DNA of 64,000 bases from a virus. Below the pieces are notes generated by a model that saw only the letters and a program-made list of their open reading frames with translations, was not told the origin of the DNA and searched no databases. This document shows, in pieces, positions 18,524-28,916 of this stretch (position 1 is its first letter; every line of letters begins with the position of its first letter). The stretch covers positions 108,390 to 172,389 of the IMG/VR virus record IMGVR_UViG_3300029319_007985. One strand, given 5' to 3'. The position numbers and the translations under genes are program-made.

Positions 18524-19069
18524 ATGTTAAGAGATTATTCTACAGGCTTCAAAGAAGATGTGAATGTTTTTTCAGGTATTGAAATAGAACACACTCCGGC
18601 ATATGGTAAACAAACACTTTTCCTTGCACGTAACGATCTTACTTTTGATCAAATACAAAGTTTGGCCGTGGCCGCTGATGCAGAAGCAATATACTATGGA
18701 GCAAATAGGTCCTATATGCACAGTCACGCGATGCAGTTGGCTCAAATACATCAATTGTTAGACAGAGGATACTGGGTAACTGTTGATTACCCATTTGAAT
18801 TACATCAATTGGTTGCCAAGAAGTTTAGCACGTGCTGGAGAAAGGAAAGATTTATTCCATTCTGCTCTATCATATTTCCACACACAGAAGAAGATGACAA
18901 TTTGTGTTTCAAAGTAGACGATGTAGATTTTAACAAAACAAATCCTGGTGTTTGGAGCATGACTATGAAAGATTTCAAAGACAAAGCAGGATTTACTAAA
19001 TGGGAAGAATACAAACAAGATGAACCAATAACAGAGGACAAAATATGGCCAGCACCACAGAAAGCGTAA
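18524..19069 (+). CDS. Hypothetical protein in the deazaguanine locus
   Basis: GIEIEHTPAYGKQTLF and KVDDVDFNKTNPGVW motifs; coupled to the T-fold gene. Confidence 0.6.
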   Translation: MLRDYSTGFKEDVNVFSGIEIEHTPAYGKQTLFLARNDLTFDQIQSLAVAADAEAIYYGANRSYMHSHAMQLAQIHQLLDRGYWVTVDYPFELHQLVAKKFSTCWRKERFIPFCSIIFPHTEEDDNLCFKVDDVDFNKTNPGVWSMTMKDFKDKAGFTKWEEYKQDEPITEDKIWPAPQKA

Positions 19070-19509
19070 TTGATCAGATGTATAACATACCTGAGCAACA
19101 ACAAGAACAAGCATTGAAAGAAAAAGCCGGAAAGGCGGCAAAAATGATATGGGTGACCTTTCAAAAAGAAGGTATGCACAAATACCCTGCGGCACTAGAT
19201 GATCCAAAATTAAAGACAGGAGATGAGTACGATGTTAGTTTCTTAGGATATCCACACAGACACATATTTCATTTCAAAGTGGCAATAGAAGTATTCCACG
19301 ATGACAGAGACATTGAATTTATACAGTTTAAAAGATGGCTCCTTAATTTGTACAAGGACGGCACTATACAAAGCGACTTTAAAAGTTGTGAAATGATGAG
19401 TGATGACCTATACATTGCAATCACAAAAAAATATCCAGGTAGACGCATAGAAATAGATGTATCAGAAGATGGTGAAAACGGATCACACGCAGTATATGAA
19501 AGAACTTAA
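19045..19509 (+). CDS. QueD-like T-fold protein with LxxxHRHxF motif (DpdL-like putative CDG decarboxylase)
   Basis: EGMH...LGYPHRHIF...SCE...VSEDGENG; lacks the canonical QueD CxxxHGH. Confidence 0.65.
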   Translation: MASTTESVIDQMYNIPEQQQEQALKEKAGKAAKMIWVTFQKEGMHKYPAALDDPKLKTGDEYDVSFLGYPHRHIFHFKVAIEVFHDDRDIEFIQFKRWLLNLYKDGTIQSDFKSCEMMSDDLYIAITKKYPGRRIEIDVSEDGENGSHAVYERT

Positions 19510-19816
19510 GATAAAAGAAAAGAGAGCAACTACTAGGAAAGGATATCTACCGATAGGTGGTGGTGGACTAAATGCCAGTTACACATTTGTAGATGCAGTA
19601 GCCAACGTATGTTCCACAATGGGTAACATGGGTCTTGTGTACGGCAAGGATTATTTCTGGGCGTATCACGGCTACGACGATGACATGGATGATTGTATTA
19701 CTCTTATGGTGAAGAATGAAAAATACTCAACTGCCTTGCATCTTAAATTAAGAAACGATCATAAAATAAAACACACTAAAGATGGTGATGTAAAACTTGT
19801 AAAGGAGACAGTGTAA
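19496..19816 (+). CDS. Hypothetical protein
   Basis: Start reassigned to ATG 19496. Confidence 0.5.
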   Translation: MKELKIKEKRATTRKGYLPIGGGGLNASYTFVDAVANVCSTMGNMGLVYGKDYFWAYHGYDDDMDDCITLMVKNEKYSTALHLKLRNDHKIKHTKDGDVKLVKETV

Positions 19817-20127
19817 TGAACATACGTGTGATGTTTGAACCTAAACCAGGAGTTAAGTGCAACGTAGATAAAATGTTTCAATACTATGGTGAAAACTATC
19901 TAAGTGACTTTCCTGAATTCAAATTTGGTGGATACATTATGTTGAACACACTAGAACACAAGTTCAATGACGCCATCTCCGGAGAGCCGTTTTATCAATT
20001 CGTTGCTAGTGACGTTTCAAAGCACACTTTGGATAAAATTACGCATTATGTAAAAGGCAATCCCATGGAGGGATATCATGCCCATGTACATTATTCAGAA
20101 AATGGTGAAAACGAAAAGGCCTACTAA
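19816..20127 (+). CDS. Hypothetical protein
   Basis: AAGGAG RBS and TAATG coupling. Confidence 0.55.
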   Translation: MNIRVMFEPKPGVKCNVDKMFQYYGENYLSDFPEFKFGGYIMLNTLEHKFNDAISGEPFYQFVASDVSKHTLDKITHYVKGNPMEGYHAHVHYSENGENEKAY

Positions 20128-20170
20128 AACATATAATTTTGTAGTCCTGTAGATTTTATCTAAATACCGT

Positions 20171-21319
20171 ATGTCAAAAAGACTCCTAGATAAAAACTTT
20201 TGTGTTATACCATGGACAGGCTTTGAATTAGAGCCTAATGGGCATGTAAGGAACTGTATTATCAGTAAGGACAAAATAGGCAATATCTACAGAAACAACA
20301 TCCAAGATATTTTACAAAGTAATACAAAAATAAAAGAAGAAATGCTGAATGGAAAATATCCTTCTAGTTGTGATGGATGTTTTCTACAAGAAAAACACAG
20401 GGCAAAAGATTTTGAATCGATTAGCAGTCGTTTGTATTATGCGAAAGAGATAGGACCGTCTATATCAACAACACTATTTGATAGCAAAAACAATTTTGAT
20501 TTGAAACACGTTGATCTACGTTGGTCCAATGCGTGTAACCAAGCATGTGTTTACTGTCATCCTGACTACAGTAGCAAATGGGCCACTGAACTTAATAAAA
20601 AAATTCCACATGATCAAGAACAAATCCAGCAGGTAAAAGAATATGTTTTTAAAAATGTAAAAAATTTAAAAAACGTTTACCTAGCAGGAGGTGAGCCAAT
20701 GTTAATGAAACCTAATCAAGAGTTTCTTGAACTTCTTTATAAAGAAAATCCAAACGTAAACTTAAGGATCAACACCAACCTCAGCAAAACAAATACTAGA
20801 ATTTTTGAACAATTGTGTAAGTTTGAAAACGTGCATTGGACCGTTAGTATAGAAACTATAGAAGAAGAATATGAATATGTCAGGTATCATGGAGACTGGA
20901 CAGCATTTTTAGAAAATTTGAAAGTGATAAAAAAATTACCACATAAAATAAGTTTCAATATGCTTTACTTCATTTTGAATTACAGAAGTCTCTTTGGTTG
21001 CGTAAATTACCTACAGAATTTAGGATTTCATAACAACAGTTTTGTGATTGGTCCATTGTTTACTCCGCCGCATTTGAATATTTTGAATTTACCTAAACAA
21101 ATTTTAAACCAACTTAGAGAATTACTCAAAGAGAAAATTAATGAAAAACCAGGCTTCCTACTTGAAAACAGTTACCAAAATCTACTTCAATATTTGACTG
21201 AAACCAAGTTCTATGCTAATATAGATGTAACAAAGAGAGAATTAGAAAAAATGGATAGAAGAAGAAATTTGGACAGCAAAAAAGTGTTTCCTAAACTGTA
21301 TCAAGAGGTGCTTAATTAA
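20171..21319 (+). CDS. N-terminal twitch/SPASM-domain radical SAM protein
   Basis: FCVIPW...NC...CDGC; CNQACVYC; AGGEP; TAAATA at 20161. Confidence 0.85.
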   Translation: MSKRLLDKNFCVIPWTGFELEPNGHVRNCIISKDKIGNIYRNNIQDILQSNTKIKEEMLNGKYPSSCDGCFLQEKHRAKDFESISSRLYYAKEIGPSISTTLFDSKNNFDLKHVDLRWSNACNQACVYCHPDYSSKWATELNKKIPHDQEQIQQVKEYVFKNVKNLKNVYLAGGEPMLMKPNQEFLELLYKENPNVNLRINTNLSKTNTRIFEQLCKFENVHWTVSIETIEEEYEYVRYHGDWTAFLENLKVIKKLPHKISFNMLYFILNYRSLFGCVNYLQNLGFHNNSFVIGPLFTPPHLNILNLPKQILNQLRELLKEKINEKPGFLLENSYQNLLQYLTETKFYANIDVTKRELEKMDRRRNLDSKKVFPKLYQEVLN

Positions 21320-22485
21320 TGAAAATATTCTACATGGGCCTTGAACCATACGAAGGCCGATATACTCTGCAGTTGACAGATTGGACTGAACGTGCTTTTA
21401 AAAAAGCAGGCGTAGAATATGTGATAGTGCCTGGCACAACAATAGATGATAGTAAAGCAATAGTTACAGGACAAGTTTTAGATGCACATGGTAGAAGTTA
21501 TTTTGGAATGAGCCAAATGATGAATTTGGTTCAAATGATGAAAGCAGGAGAAGTCACGTCCAAGGACATAATATTTTTTGAAGACATGTTTCAGCCTGGA
21601 ATGGAGGCTCTGCCTTATATACTTCAGCAAAGTCCAGAAAAATATAGACCTGCAATATACCTAAGATGTTTAGCACAATCAATTGACCCAGATGATTTTG
21701 TGCATGTATGGGGTATGAGCAAATGGATGAGTCTCTATGAAGAGATGTGCAACGAGATTCCAAATGTCAATATACTTGCCAGTAACGAAGAGATGGTTGC
21801 CAATATGAGAATAGCCAATTGGAAGGCACCTATATACAATATTTCAGGACTAAGTTTTGGAAAAGAAGAAGTGCAATCAAGAGTAGAACAAAAACCATTC
21901 ATTGAAAGGAAACAAAGAGTCGTATTTGGAGCAAGATGGGATCAAGAAAAACAGCCACAATTTTTTATGGACTTGGTGCAGGCATATAAAAAGAAACATC
22001 CAGACACAGAATTTGCAATATGTTCAGGTGGTCCATTAAGGTCCAATAACAAATACTATGTTGATGAAGCAAGATACCTTGCTAAAGAAGGCATACTAAC
22101 AATACATGAAAACTTGAAAAAAGATGAGTACTATAGCATACTTGCTGACTCAAGAGTTTTATTCAATTGCGCTTTACAGGATTGGACTTCTAACACAGTG
22201 AGTGAAGCGGATGCCTTAGGCGCGAATGTATTGTTTCCGGCATACAGGTCTTTCCCGGAAGTTTTTGCAAATGACGAAACAAGAATGTACATACCATGGT
22301 CACAAAAGGACGCAATTAAAAAACTAGAAACACTAATGAGCAAACCATCCCCTAGTATGGGTCAAATATCAGATTGGACAGATGGCACAATCGATAGAAT
22401 GTTAGACATCATGACAGGCAAGGGCGAACAATGGAGAAGAGATGGATCACACTACAGAACACCAGTATCCGAAAAAAAATATTAA
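21319..22485 (+). CDS. GT-B (GT4-like) glycosyltransferase
   Basis: ARWDQEKQP, ENLKKDEYY, QDWTSNTVSEA and SFPE. Confidence 0.75.
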   Translation: MKIFYMGLEPYEGRYTLQLTDWTERAFKKAGVEYVIVPGTTIDDSKAIVTGQVLDAHGRSYFGMSQMMNLVQMMKAGEVTSKDIIFFEDMFQPGMEALPYILQQSPEKYRPAIYLRCLAQSIDPDDFVHVWGMSKWMSLYEEMCNEIPNVNILASNEEMVANMRIANWKAPIYNISGLSFGKEEVQSRVEQKPFIERKQRVVFGARWDQEKQPQFFMDLVQAYKKKHPDTEFAICSGGPLRSNNKYYVDEARYLAKEGILTIHENLKKDEYYSILADSRVLFNCALQDWTSNTVSEADALGANVLFPAYRSFPEVFANDETRMYIPWSQKDAIKKLETLMSKPSPSMGQISDWTDGTIDRMLDIMTGKGEQWRRDGSHYRTPVSEKKY

Positions 22486-23479
22486 CAACATAAACAAAGC
22501 AGTTCTTGTTGTTGGTGGAGCAGGTTATATTGGATCACATATTAGCAAACATCTTGCAAAAAATGGATATACCCCGGTCATACTCGACAGAAATGTAAAA
22601 GATAATTTTATCTCACAAAAATTTAGTGATGTGTATGAAATCAATTTGCCCAGAGACATACATCTGCTTGACGATATTATCAAAAGATACAATATAGATT
22701 GCTGTATACATACGGCGGCGTACACGTCCGTAGGCAAATCCGTAAAACAGCCTGATTCATATTATCAAAACAATGTTGTAATGACTCTACAACTTTTAAA
22801 CAAACTGAAAGAATTAGATGTAAAAAAGTTTATCTTTAGTTCAAGTGCCGCAGTTTATGGAGTGCCCAAGGATGGTGTGTGTTTTGACACTGAAAAAAAC
22901 TTGGATCCAATCAATCCTTACGGAACAACAAAATTAATCGTTGAGAAAATGCTGAGAGAATACAATACTGCTTATGGTATATCAAGCATTAGTTTTAGAT
23001 ACTTCAATGCCGCCGGCGCTGATAGGGATGGAGACATTGGAGAAATGCATGATCCAGAAACGCACATTATTCCAATTATAATCAAGGCAGGATTTCAGGC
23101 GAAAGAATTCAACATGTTTGGCACTGACCATGATACACCAGATGGAACCTGCGTCAGAGATTATATCCATGTTGATGACATCGCAGAAGCACACATAAAA
23201 GCAATGGCATTACTCGACAGCAATATTTGTGAAGCAATAAATCTAGGATCCGGGACAGGCTTCAGCAATAAACAAATTGTAGATGAAGTGGCAAAGCACA
23301 CAGGGGCAATAAAAGTCATTGATGCTCCGAGACGTGCTGGAGATCCACCACAACTTATTGCAGATATAACAAGATCAAAGGAACTATTAAATTGGAAACC
23401 AATTCACAGTAGCATTGACAACGTGGTTCGAACTGCTGTACAATGGTATAAGACTATCAATAAAAAGGAAATAAACTAA
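22442..23479 (+). CDS. galE: UDP-glucose 4-epimerase
   Basis: GGAGYIGSH, FSSSAAVYG, YGTTK, RYFNAAGA and DGTCVRDYIHV. Confidence 0.88.
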   Translation: MDHTTEHQYPKKNINNINKAVLVVGGAGYIGSHISKHLAKNGYTPVILDRNVKDNFISQKFSDVYEINLPRDIHLLDDIIKRYNIDCCIHTAAYTSVGKSVKQPDSYYQNNVVMTLQLLNKLKELDVKKFIFSSSAAVYGVPKDGVCFDTEKNLDPINPYGTTKLIVEKMLREYNTAYGISSISFRYFNAAGADRDGDIGEMHDPETHIIPIIIKAGFQAKEFNMFGTDHDTPDGTCVRDYIHVDDIAEAHIKAMALLDSNICEAINLGSGTGFSNKQIVDEVAKHTGAIKVIDAPRRAGDPPQLIADITRSKELLNWKPIHSSIDNVVRTAVQWYKTINKKEIN

Positions 23480-24189
23480 TGGACGAATTAAAAGACAGTT
23501 GGGCACCAGTAGGACCGGTAAGCGAAAAAATCAAAAAAAGAATAAAAGAAGCAAAAGCAAGATATCATGCCAATGACAATATTTCCGAATTTATAAAAGA
23601 AGGCGAACTTGAACAACTGCAAAATGAGGTCCAAGACAAAATGAAATCATTGCTGAGCAGTCTTGTTATTGACACTGAAAATGATCATAACACACAAGAC
23701 ACTGCAAAACGTGTTGCCAAGATGTGGATAAAGGAAGTATTCGGGGGAAGATATAATCCATTCCCGAGAGTTACAAGTTTTCCAAACATGGGATACAAAA
23801 GCATGTACACCTCTGGACCAATATCTATTCGGTCAACATGTGCCCACCACTTCCAAAATATTGTTGGAAATGCTTGGATAGGGATTATTCCAAACGGTGA
23901 GGTAATTGGTTTGAGTAAGTTCAATAGAATAGTGCACCATATAGCAGAACGTCCACAGATTCAAGAAGAAATGACAACTCAGATTGCAGAGGCACTCCAA
24001 GAGTATGCACATACAAAAAACATAGCGGTGGTTGTAAAAGCAGAACATCACTGTATGACACACAGAGGCGTGAGAGAGCATGAAAGCGACATGACAACAG
24101 CAATAATGTTAGGCGCTTTCAAAGAAGACCCTGCAACCAGAGATGAATTTTACAAGATTTGCATGAGCATGAAAGGTCATGGTGGATAA
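23479..24189 (+). CDS. folE: GTP cyclohydrolase I
   Basis: STCAHH, IGLSKFNR, RPQIQE and HHCMTHRGV. Confidence 0.93.
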   Translation: MDELKDSWAPVGPVSEKIKKRIKEAKARYHANDNISEFIKEGELEQLQNEVQDKMKSLLSSLVIDTENDHNTQDTAKRVAKMWIKEVFGGRYNPFPRVTSFPNMGYKSMYTSGPISIRSTCAHHFQNIVGNAWIGIIPNGEVIGLSKFNRIVHHIAERPQIQEEMTTQIAEALQEYAHTKNIAVVVKAEHHCMTHRGVREHESDMTTAIMLGAFKEDPATRDEFYKICMSMKGHGG

Positions 24190-24400
24190 AAAAACAAAAG
24201 AAAATTGGGAAACTTTTGAAAGTTGGATTCCAAGTGACTCATACATGTATGGTGGTATGACAGAATCGGTTACGGTACAAGGTGAACTATTTGATCCAGA
24301 CCAAGAACTTAAAGAAAAATATCCAGCATTGAAGAAAGCCTGGAAACAATATCAAATTATAAAAAAATTATGTGAGGCAAAAGAAAATGAGACTAGATAG
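24179..24400 (+). CDS. Hypothetical protein
   Basis: LKEKYPALKKAWKQY motif; overlaps both neighbours. Confidence 0.5.
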   Translation: MVDKKTKENWETFESWIPSDSYMYGGMTESVTVQGELFDPDQELKEKYPALKKAWKQYQIIKKLCEAKENETR

Positions 24401-25436
24401 TGAACCTAAACTTAATTTTGAAGACGTGTTGTTGAAACCTAAACGTTCTACTCTTTCAAGCAGGAAGGATGTAGATATGACAAGAAAATTTACTTTTAGA
24501 AATTCAGGAAAGGTTATGGACTTCCTTCCTATTTTTGCAAGTAACATGGATGGTGTAGGTACTTTTAGCATGGCTAAAGAAATGCAAAAACACAAAATGA
24601 TGACGGTAATAACAAAGACAACAACAACTGAACAATGGAAAGAAGCAGTGGGTACTGGTTTAAGATTACAAAGTGTGTCAGTATGCACAGGCACAAACAA
24701 AATGTTTGATAAAGAAGCGTCCGATTACAGAAACATGCAAGAGGTACTCAAAATGTTTCCTGATGTAAAGATGATTACCATAGACGTGGCAAACGCATAT
24801 CATCAAAATTTTGTTGACTTTACAAAAATGGTCAGAGAGGAATATCCAGAAAAAGTAATTGTTGCCGGAAACGTTGTCACTCCAGAAATGGTCGAGGAGT
24901 TAATTATTAATGGAGCAGACGTAGTAAAAATTGGAATAGGACCTGGATCTGTTTGCACGACTAGAACAATGACAGGGGTAGGGGTTCCACAATTCAGTGC
25001 TATCGTGGAGTGTTCAGATGCCGCAAACGGAGTTGGTGGTCATATCATGGCAGACGGTGGTTGTGTTTATCCAGGAGACATAGCAAAAGCATTTGGCGGA
25101 GGCGCTCATATGGTAATGATCGGAGGAATGTTAGCAGGTCATGATGAATCTGAACAACCAGTGGTAGATGGTAAGATAGAATTTTATGGAATGAGTTCAG
25201 ACCGTGCAAGAGAAGTCCATGGAAAAAGGAAAGATGGATATAGAGGAAATGAAGGTAGGTTAATAAGTTTACCATACAGAGGACCTGTCAACAACACATT
25301 AGAAGATATTCTGGGTGGAGTTAGAAGTGCCTGTACATATATAGGTGCAAGAAGATTAAAAGATATGGCAAAATGTGCAAGTTTTGTTCAAACTAACAAT
25401 GTGATTAACAAAGTTTATGAGCAGTACACCAAATAA
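24387..25436 (+). CDS. guaC: GMP reductase
   Basis: DVLLKPKRSTLSSR, SNMDGVG, IGIGPGSVCTTR, ADGG and FYGMSS; start reassigned to 24387. Confidence 0.92.
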   Translation: MRLDSEPKLNFEDVLLKPKRSTLSSRKDVDMTRKFTFRNSGKVMDFLPIFASNMDGVGTFSMAKEMQKHKMMTVITKTTTTEQWKEAVGTGLRLQSVSVCTGTNKMFDKEASDYRNMQEVLKMFPDVKMITIDVANAYHQNFVDFTKMVREEYPEKVIVAGNVVTPEMVEELIINGADVVKIGIGPGSVCTTRTMTGVGVPQFSAIVECSDAANGVGGHIMADGGCVYPGDIAKAFGGGAHMVMIGGMLAGHDESEQPVVDGKIEFYGMSSDRAREVHGKRKDGYRGNEGRLISLPYRGPVNNTLEDILGGVRSACTYIGARRLKDMAKCASFVQTNNVINKVYEQYTK

Positions 25437-25878
25437 AAGTTATTTCTCAAATTTACAGATGCGAAACGCATTAGTGCAGATCGAAGATCAAATGGTGCAC
25501 TCCAATTGGATGCCTGACCTAATAATGGGCATAAATCGAGGTGGATGCATTCCTGGTGTTTATCTCAGCCATAGACTAAAGAAAGAACACTTGGTATTAG
25601 ATATCAGATTACGAGATCATAAAGCGACTCCGGATCTGTCAGTGTTAACAAAGCAGTACGCTTTCCAAAGAAAAATTTTGATCATAGATGACATCAATGA
25701 TACCGGTGCCACTTTCAAATACATAGAAGAGAATTTTGGTAGACCTGACAGAGTTAAATTTGCCGCATTAATTAATAACCAACCAAGCGAAGTAACAGTT
25801 GATTACCATGGATACCAAATAGATAAATCAAAAGATCCTGCCTGGATTGTTTTTCCATGGGAAGAGTGGCAAAAGTAA
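25417..25878 (+). CDS. Purine phosphoribosyltransferase (Gpt-like type I PRTase)
   Basis: GINRGG, LIIDDINDTGAT and WIVFPWE. Confidence 0.85.
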   Translation: MSSTPNKSYFSNLQMRNALVQIEDQMVHSNWMPDLIMGINRGGCIPGVYLSHRLKKEHLVLDIRLRDHKATPDLSVLTKQYAFQRKILIIDDINDTGATFKYIEENFGRPDRVKFAALINNQPSEVTVDYHGYQIDKSKDPAWIVFPWEEWQK

Positions 25879-25891
25879 ACTAAAGAGTGTA

Positions 25892-25920
25892 TAGACACTT
25901 ATCCATTATTATTGTATAAT
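25892..25920 (+). promoter_or_regulatory. sigma70-type promoter TAGACA-17-TATAAT
   Basis: Direct match, followed by AAGGAG RBS. Confidence 0.6.
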
Positions 25921-25946
25921 TTTTAGATGTTAACAAAGGAGATAAC

Positions 25947-27236
25947 ATGTTAGAAAAACTCTTTGGTTTGACAAAAGCCGGGACTTCAGTGAAAACTGAA
26001 ATCATGGCCGGAGTCGCCACTTTCCTAACAATGGCTTATATCACGGTAGTAAATCCTGCAATCTTAAGTACTGAAGGTTCGGGAATGGATTTTGGCGCTG
26101 TATTCACAGCGACAATTATTGCCGCTGTAATAGGAACATTGATAATGGGACTATGGGCCAATTGGCCGATAGCACTTGCACCAGGTATGGGACTAAATGC
26201 GTTCTTTACATTTGGTGTAATATTTGGAATGGGTTATACATTTTCTCAGGCCTTGGCCGCTGTATTTGTGGCAGGGGTAGTGTTTATCGTTTTGTCGGTG
26301 ACACCAGCGAGAAAATATATTATCAACTCTATTCCAAAAAGTATGAAACTAGGCGTTGGAGCCGGTATAGGATTATTCCTTGCCATCATAGGTTTTAAGA
26401 ACGCTGGTATTGTAGTGGATCATCCTGCTACATTAGTTGGACTTGGTGATATTTCAAGTTGGCCTGTTTTATTAGCAGGCGCAGGTTTTGCCACAATGGC
26501 AATACTTGATAGAAGAAAGATCCCAGGTGCAATAATAATTGGAATCTTAGCAGTCTCAGTGATTGCTTGGGTCTTTGGTATATCTGATCTAAAAGGTGTA
26601 GCCGGTGCTATTCCAAGTCCTGCACATGCGTTCAGTTTAGACTTTAGTCTAATTGCTACTGCAGGTTTCATTGGTACTGCGTTTGCATTCTTGTTTGTGG
26701 ACTTTATGGACACAGCAGGAACTTTGACTTCAGTTGCTAACCTTACTGGTAAAGTAAACAAAAGCGGCGAAGTGGAAGGCATTGACAGAGCATTGCTATC
26801 TGATTCGGTAGCAACAACTGTTGGAGCACTTGCAGGTACTTCTAACACTACTTCTTACATAGAAAGTGGTGCTGGAGTAAAAGAAGGCGGTAGAACAGGT
26901 TTGACAGCGGTAACAGTGGCGGTGCTATTTTTAGCCTGCTTATTCTTTGCCCCGCTGGCACAGAGTATACCTAAGTTCGCCACTGCACCAGCACTTATAT
27001 TCATTGCAACCTACTTCTTGAGAAACCTCAAGGACATCGATTGGGATGATGTGAGTGAGTATGCACCTGCCGTATTAGCGGCGGTGATCATGCCATTAAC
27101 TTTCAGTATTGCCTATGGTATTGCGATAGGTTTTATTGCTTATGTTGTAATCAAAGCATTAAGCGGTAAACAATCACAATTGAACAAAGGTAGTATTGCA
27201 ATAGCGGCAGTAAGTTTAGTTTACTTCGCTGTATAA
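25947..27236 (+). CDS. NCS2/AzgA-family purine (guanine/hypoxanthine) permease
   Basis: TFLTMAYI.VNP, APGMGLNAFF, DTAGT, YIESGAG and GGRTGLT; many TM helices. Confidence 0.92.
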   Translation: MLEKLFGLTKAGTSVKTEIMAGVATFLTMAYITVVNPAILSTEGSGMDFGAVFTATIIAAVIGTLIMGLWANWPIALAPGMGLNAFFTFGVIFGMGYTFSQALAAVFVAGVVFIVLSVTPARKYIINSIPKSMKLGVGAGIGLFLAIIGFKNAGIVVDHPATLVGLGDISSWPVLLAGAGFATMAILDRRKIPGAIIIGILAVSVIAWVFGISDLKGVAGAIPSPAHAFSLDFSLIATAGFIGTAFAFLFVDFMDTAGTLTSVANLTGKVNKSGEVEGIDRALLSDSVATTVGALAGTSNTTSYIESGAGVKEGGRTGLTAVTVAVLFLACLFFAPLAQSIPKFATAPALIFIATYFLRNLKDIDWDDVSEYAPAVLAAVIMPLTFSIAYGIAIGFIAYVVIKALSGKQSQLNKGSIAIAAVSLVYFAV

Positions 27237-27242
27237 TCATTA

Positions 27243-27261
27243 GGGGGACTTTTTGTCCCCC
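27243..27261 (+). terminator. GC-rich hairpin, possible terminator
   Basis: GGGGGAC-TTTTT-GTCCCCC just after the permease stop; no clear U-tract. Confidence 0.45.
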
Positions 27262-27288
27262 CATTGACAAATCTTCTAAATACTTCAT

Positions 27289-28221
27289 ATGCATTACCTA
27301 ATATTGACTCCGGATGGTGTTGGATCAACAATACTACAAAGATTACTGACTGTAAGTTTACATTTACAAAATAAAAAAGTAGTAAACACACACGAACTAA
27401 CTAACGGATTGGAACTTACAAAAAGCCTTGTGAGGAAAAACCCTAGCATAGGTTATAAACAATCTTTAAAAGAGATTGAAAGTCTTTTGCAAAAAAATGA
27501 TGAAGAAACAAGACTTGTTAGCAGATTAGCAAAATATCATATAGATAAAAGACAAGACAACTCTGCTGATCAATATGAATTTTATAATTTTTTGAACAAT
27601 TTTTTCCACACGAAAATTATGTGTGTGAGGAAAAATATTTTCGAATATGCAATGAGTTGGAGTATTAGGAAAAAATCAGGTGTACTCAATGTATATAATA
27701 AAAAAGACAAGGAAAAAGTTTTACAAGTTACAGATGTAGATGAAGAATATTTTTTAAAAAAATGTATGGATTACGTAAACTATGTTAAATGGATTGAAAA
27801 GTATTTTAAAAATGTCAAGGTAATTTCCTATGAAGACATGCTAATCGAAAGTGATAAGGTTATTGCGGAACTTACTAATAACAACAAAACTTTTGAAAGC
27901 AATTTTGGAGTAACATGCAGTAATATCATTAAAAAAGAATATGAACTTTTCAATTTTCTATCTAACAAAAATTTAAAACACAATATTAGCAGGAAAGAGC
28001 AAAAAGCAATACTATTATATAAAAAAGTTGGTAATGAATTAATTAAAAAAAATATCATACATTCGTTACCAATTAAGAACACAACATTGACTGATAAACA
28101 GAAACAGATAAAAAATTTTCAAACATGTCTAAACAAATTTTACAAATTTGCTAAAAACCATAACTGGATAGATCAAAGCAATGCAACTTATGATTTTTGG
28201 AATAAAACGCACATATGCTGA
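27289..28221 (+). CDS. Sulfotransferase-like P-loop protein
   Basis: TPDGVGST, RKNIFEYAMSW and ISYED; TAAATA at 27277. Confidence 0.5.
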   Translation: MHYLILTPDGVGSTILQRLLTVSLHLQNKKVVNTHELTNGLELTKSLVRKNPSIGYKQSLKEIESLLQKNDEETRLVSRLAKYHIDKRQDNSADQYEFYNFLNNFFHTKIMCVRKNIFEYAMSWSIRKKSGVLNVYNKKDKEKVLQVTDVDEEYFLKKCMDYVNYVKWIEKYFKNVKVISYEDMLIESDKVIAELTNNNKTFESNFGVTCSNIIKKEYELFNFLSNKNLKHNISRKEQKAILLYKKVGNELIKKNIIHSLPIKNTTLTDKQKQIKNFQTCLNKFYKFAKNHNWIDQSNATYDFWNKTHIC

Positions 28222-28901
28222 AAATACAGAATAAAATAAACTTAAATCAAAAAACAAGCGGTATGGACACTTACAAATGGTGCCGTAATAAAAATTATTT
28301 CAAAAACTATAAAAAAGAAATTTCATACTCGTATAACAGTAAAGGTTTCAGAGATAAAGAATGGCCTAAAGATTTATCAGAGGCGATTTGGTGTGTTGGA
28401 GATAGTTTCACAGTGGGTATGGGACAGCCTTTCAATGAAACTTGGCCACAGTTATTGGAAAGAGCCACTGGTAAGAGATGTATAAATGTTGCTGAAGATG
28501 GATGTAGTAATGATGTTATATCCAAAAGGATCAAAAAAATCCATCAACTTTACAAGCCTAAATGGATTGTGGTAATGTGGTCTTACCTGCACAGAAGACA
28601 GGACAAACATTATGACAAAACAGATTTTGGTTTAAAAGAAGACTTAAAAAATTTTAAAAAAAATTATGACATCGCACAATTATGCAACTCAAATATCATA
28701 CATCTTTTAATTCCAGATGCTATTATTGAAAACACCAAAAGACAAAAATATTTTTTTAAGAAACACGGTGTAAAAAACATACATTGTTTTAGTCAAATAG
28801 ATTACGGAAGAGATTACCAGCATTTTGGTTTAAAAACAAGTAAAAAAATATGTTCTTTAATTGTAAAAAAAATAAAAGACTTTGACAAAAGACCTAAATA
28901 A
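28215..28901 (+). CDS. SGNH/GDSL-like protein
   Basis: NSKGFRD, VGDSFTVG, GCSN and DYQHFG. Confidence 0.7.
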   Translation: MLKIQNKINLNQKTSGMDTYKWCRNKNYFKNYKKEISYSYNSKGFRDKEWPKDLSEAIWCVGDSFTVGMGQPFNETWPQLLERATGKRCINVAEDGCSNDVISKRIKKIHQLYKPKWIVVMWSYLHRRQDKHYDKTDFGLKEDLKNFKKNYDIAQLCNSNIIHLLIPDAIIENTKRQKYFFKKHGVKNIHCFSQIDYGRDYQHFGLKTSKKICSLIVKKIKDFDKRPK

Positions 28902-28910
28902 TAATATAAT
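28882..28910 (+). promoter_or_regulatory. sigma70 promoter TTGACA-17-TATAAT overlapping the end of the upstream CDS
   Basis: Perfect consensus; ATG 28917 lies 6 nt downstream. Confidence 0.75.
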
Positions 28911-28916
28911 AATACT

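Noticed and set aside
19045-19509. Canonical QueD
   Set aside because: Has HRH rather than CxxxHGH. It could still supply QueD activity because no other queD is visible in the window, so no gene symbol was assigned
25879-25946. Purine or preQ1 riboswitch upstream of the permease
   Set aside because: The interval is filled by the promoter and RBS; the leader is only about 20 nt with no aptamer-like stems
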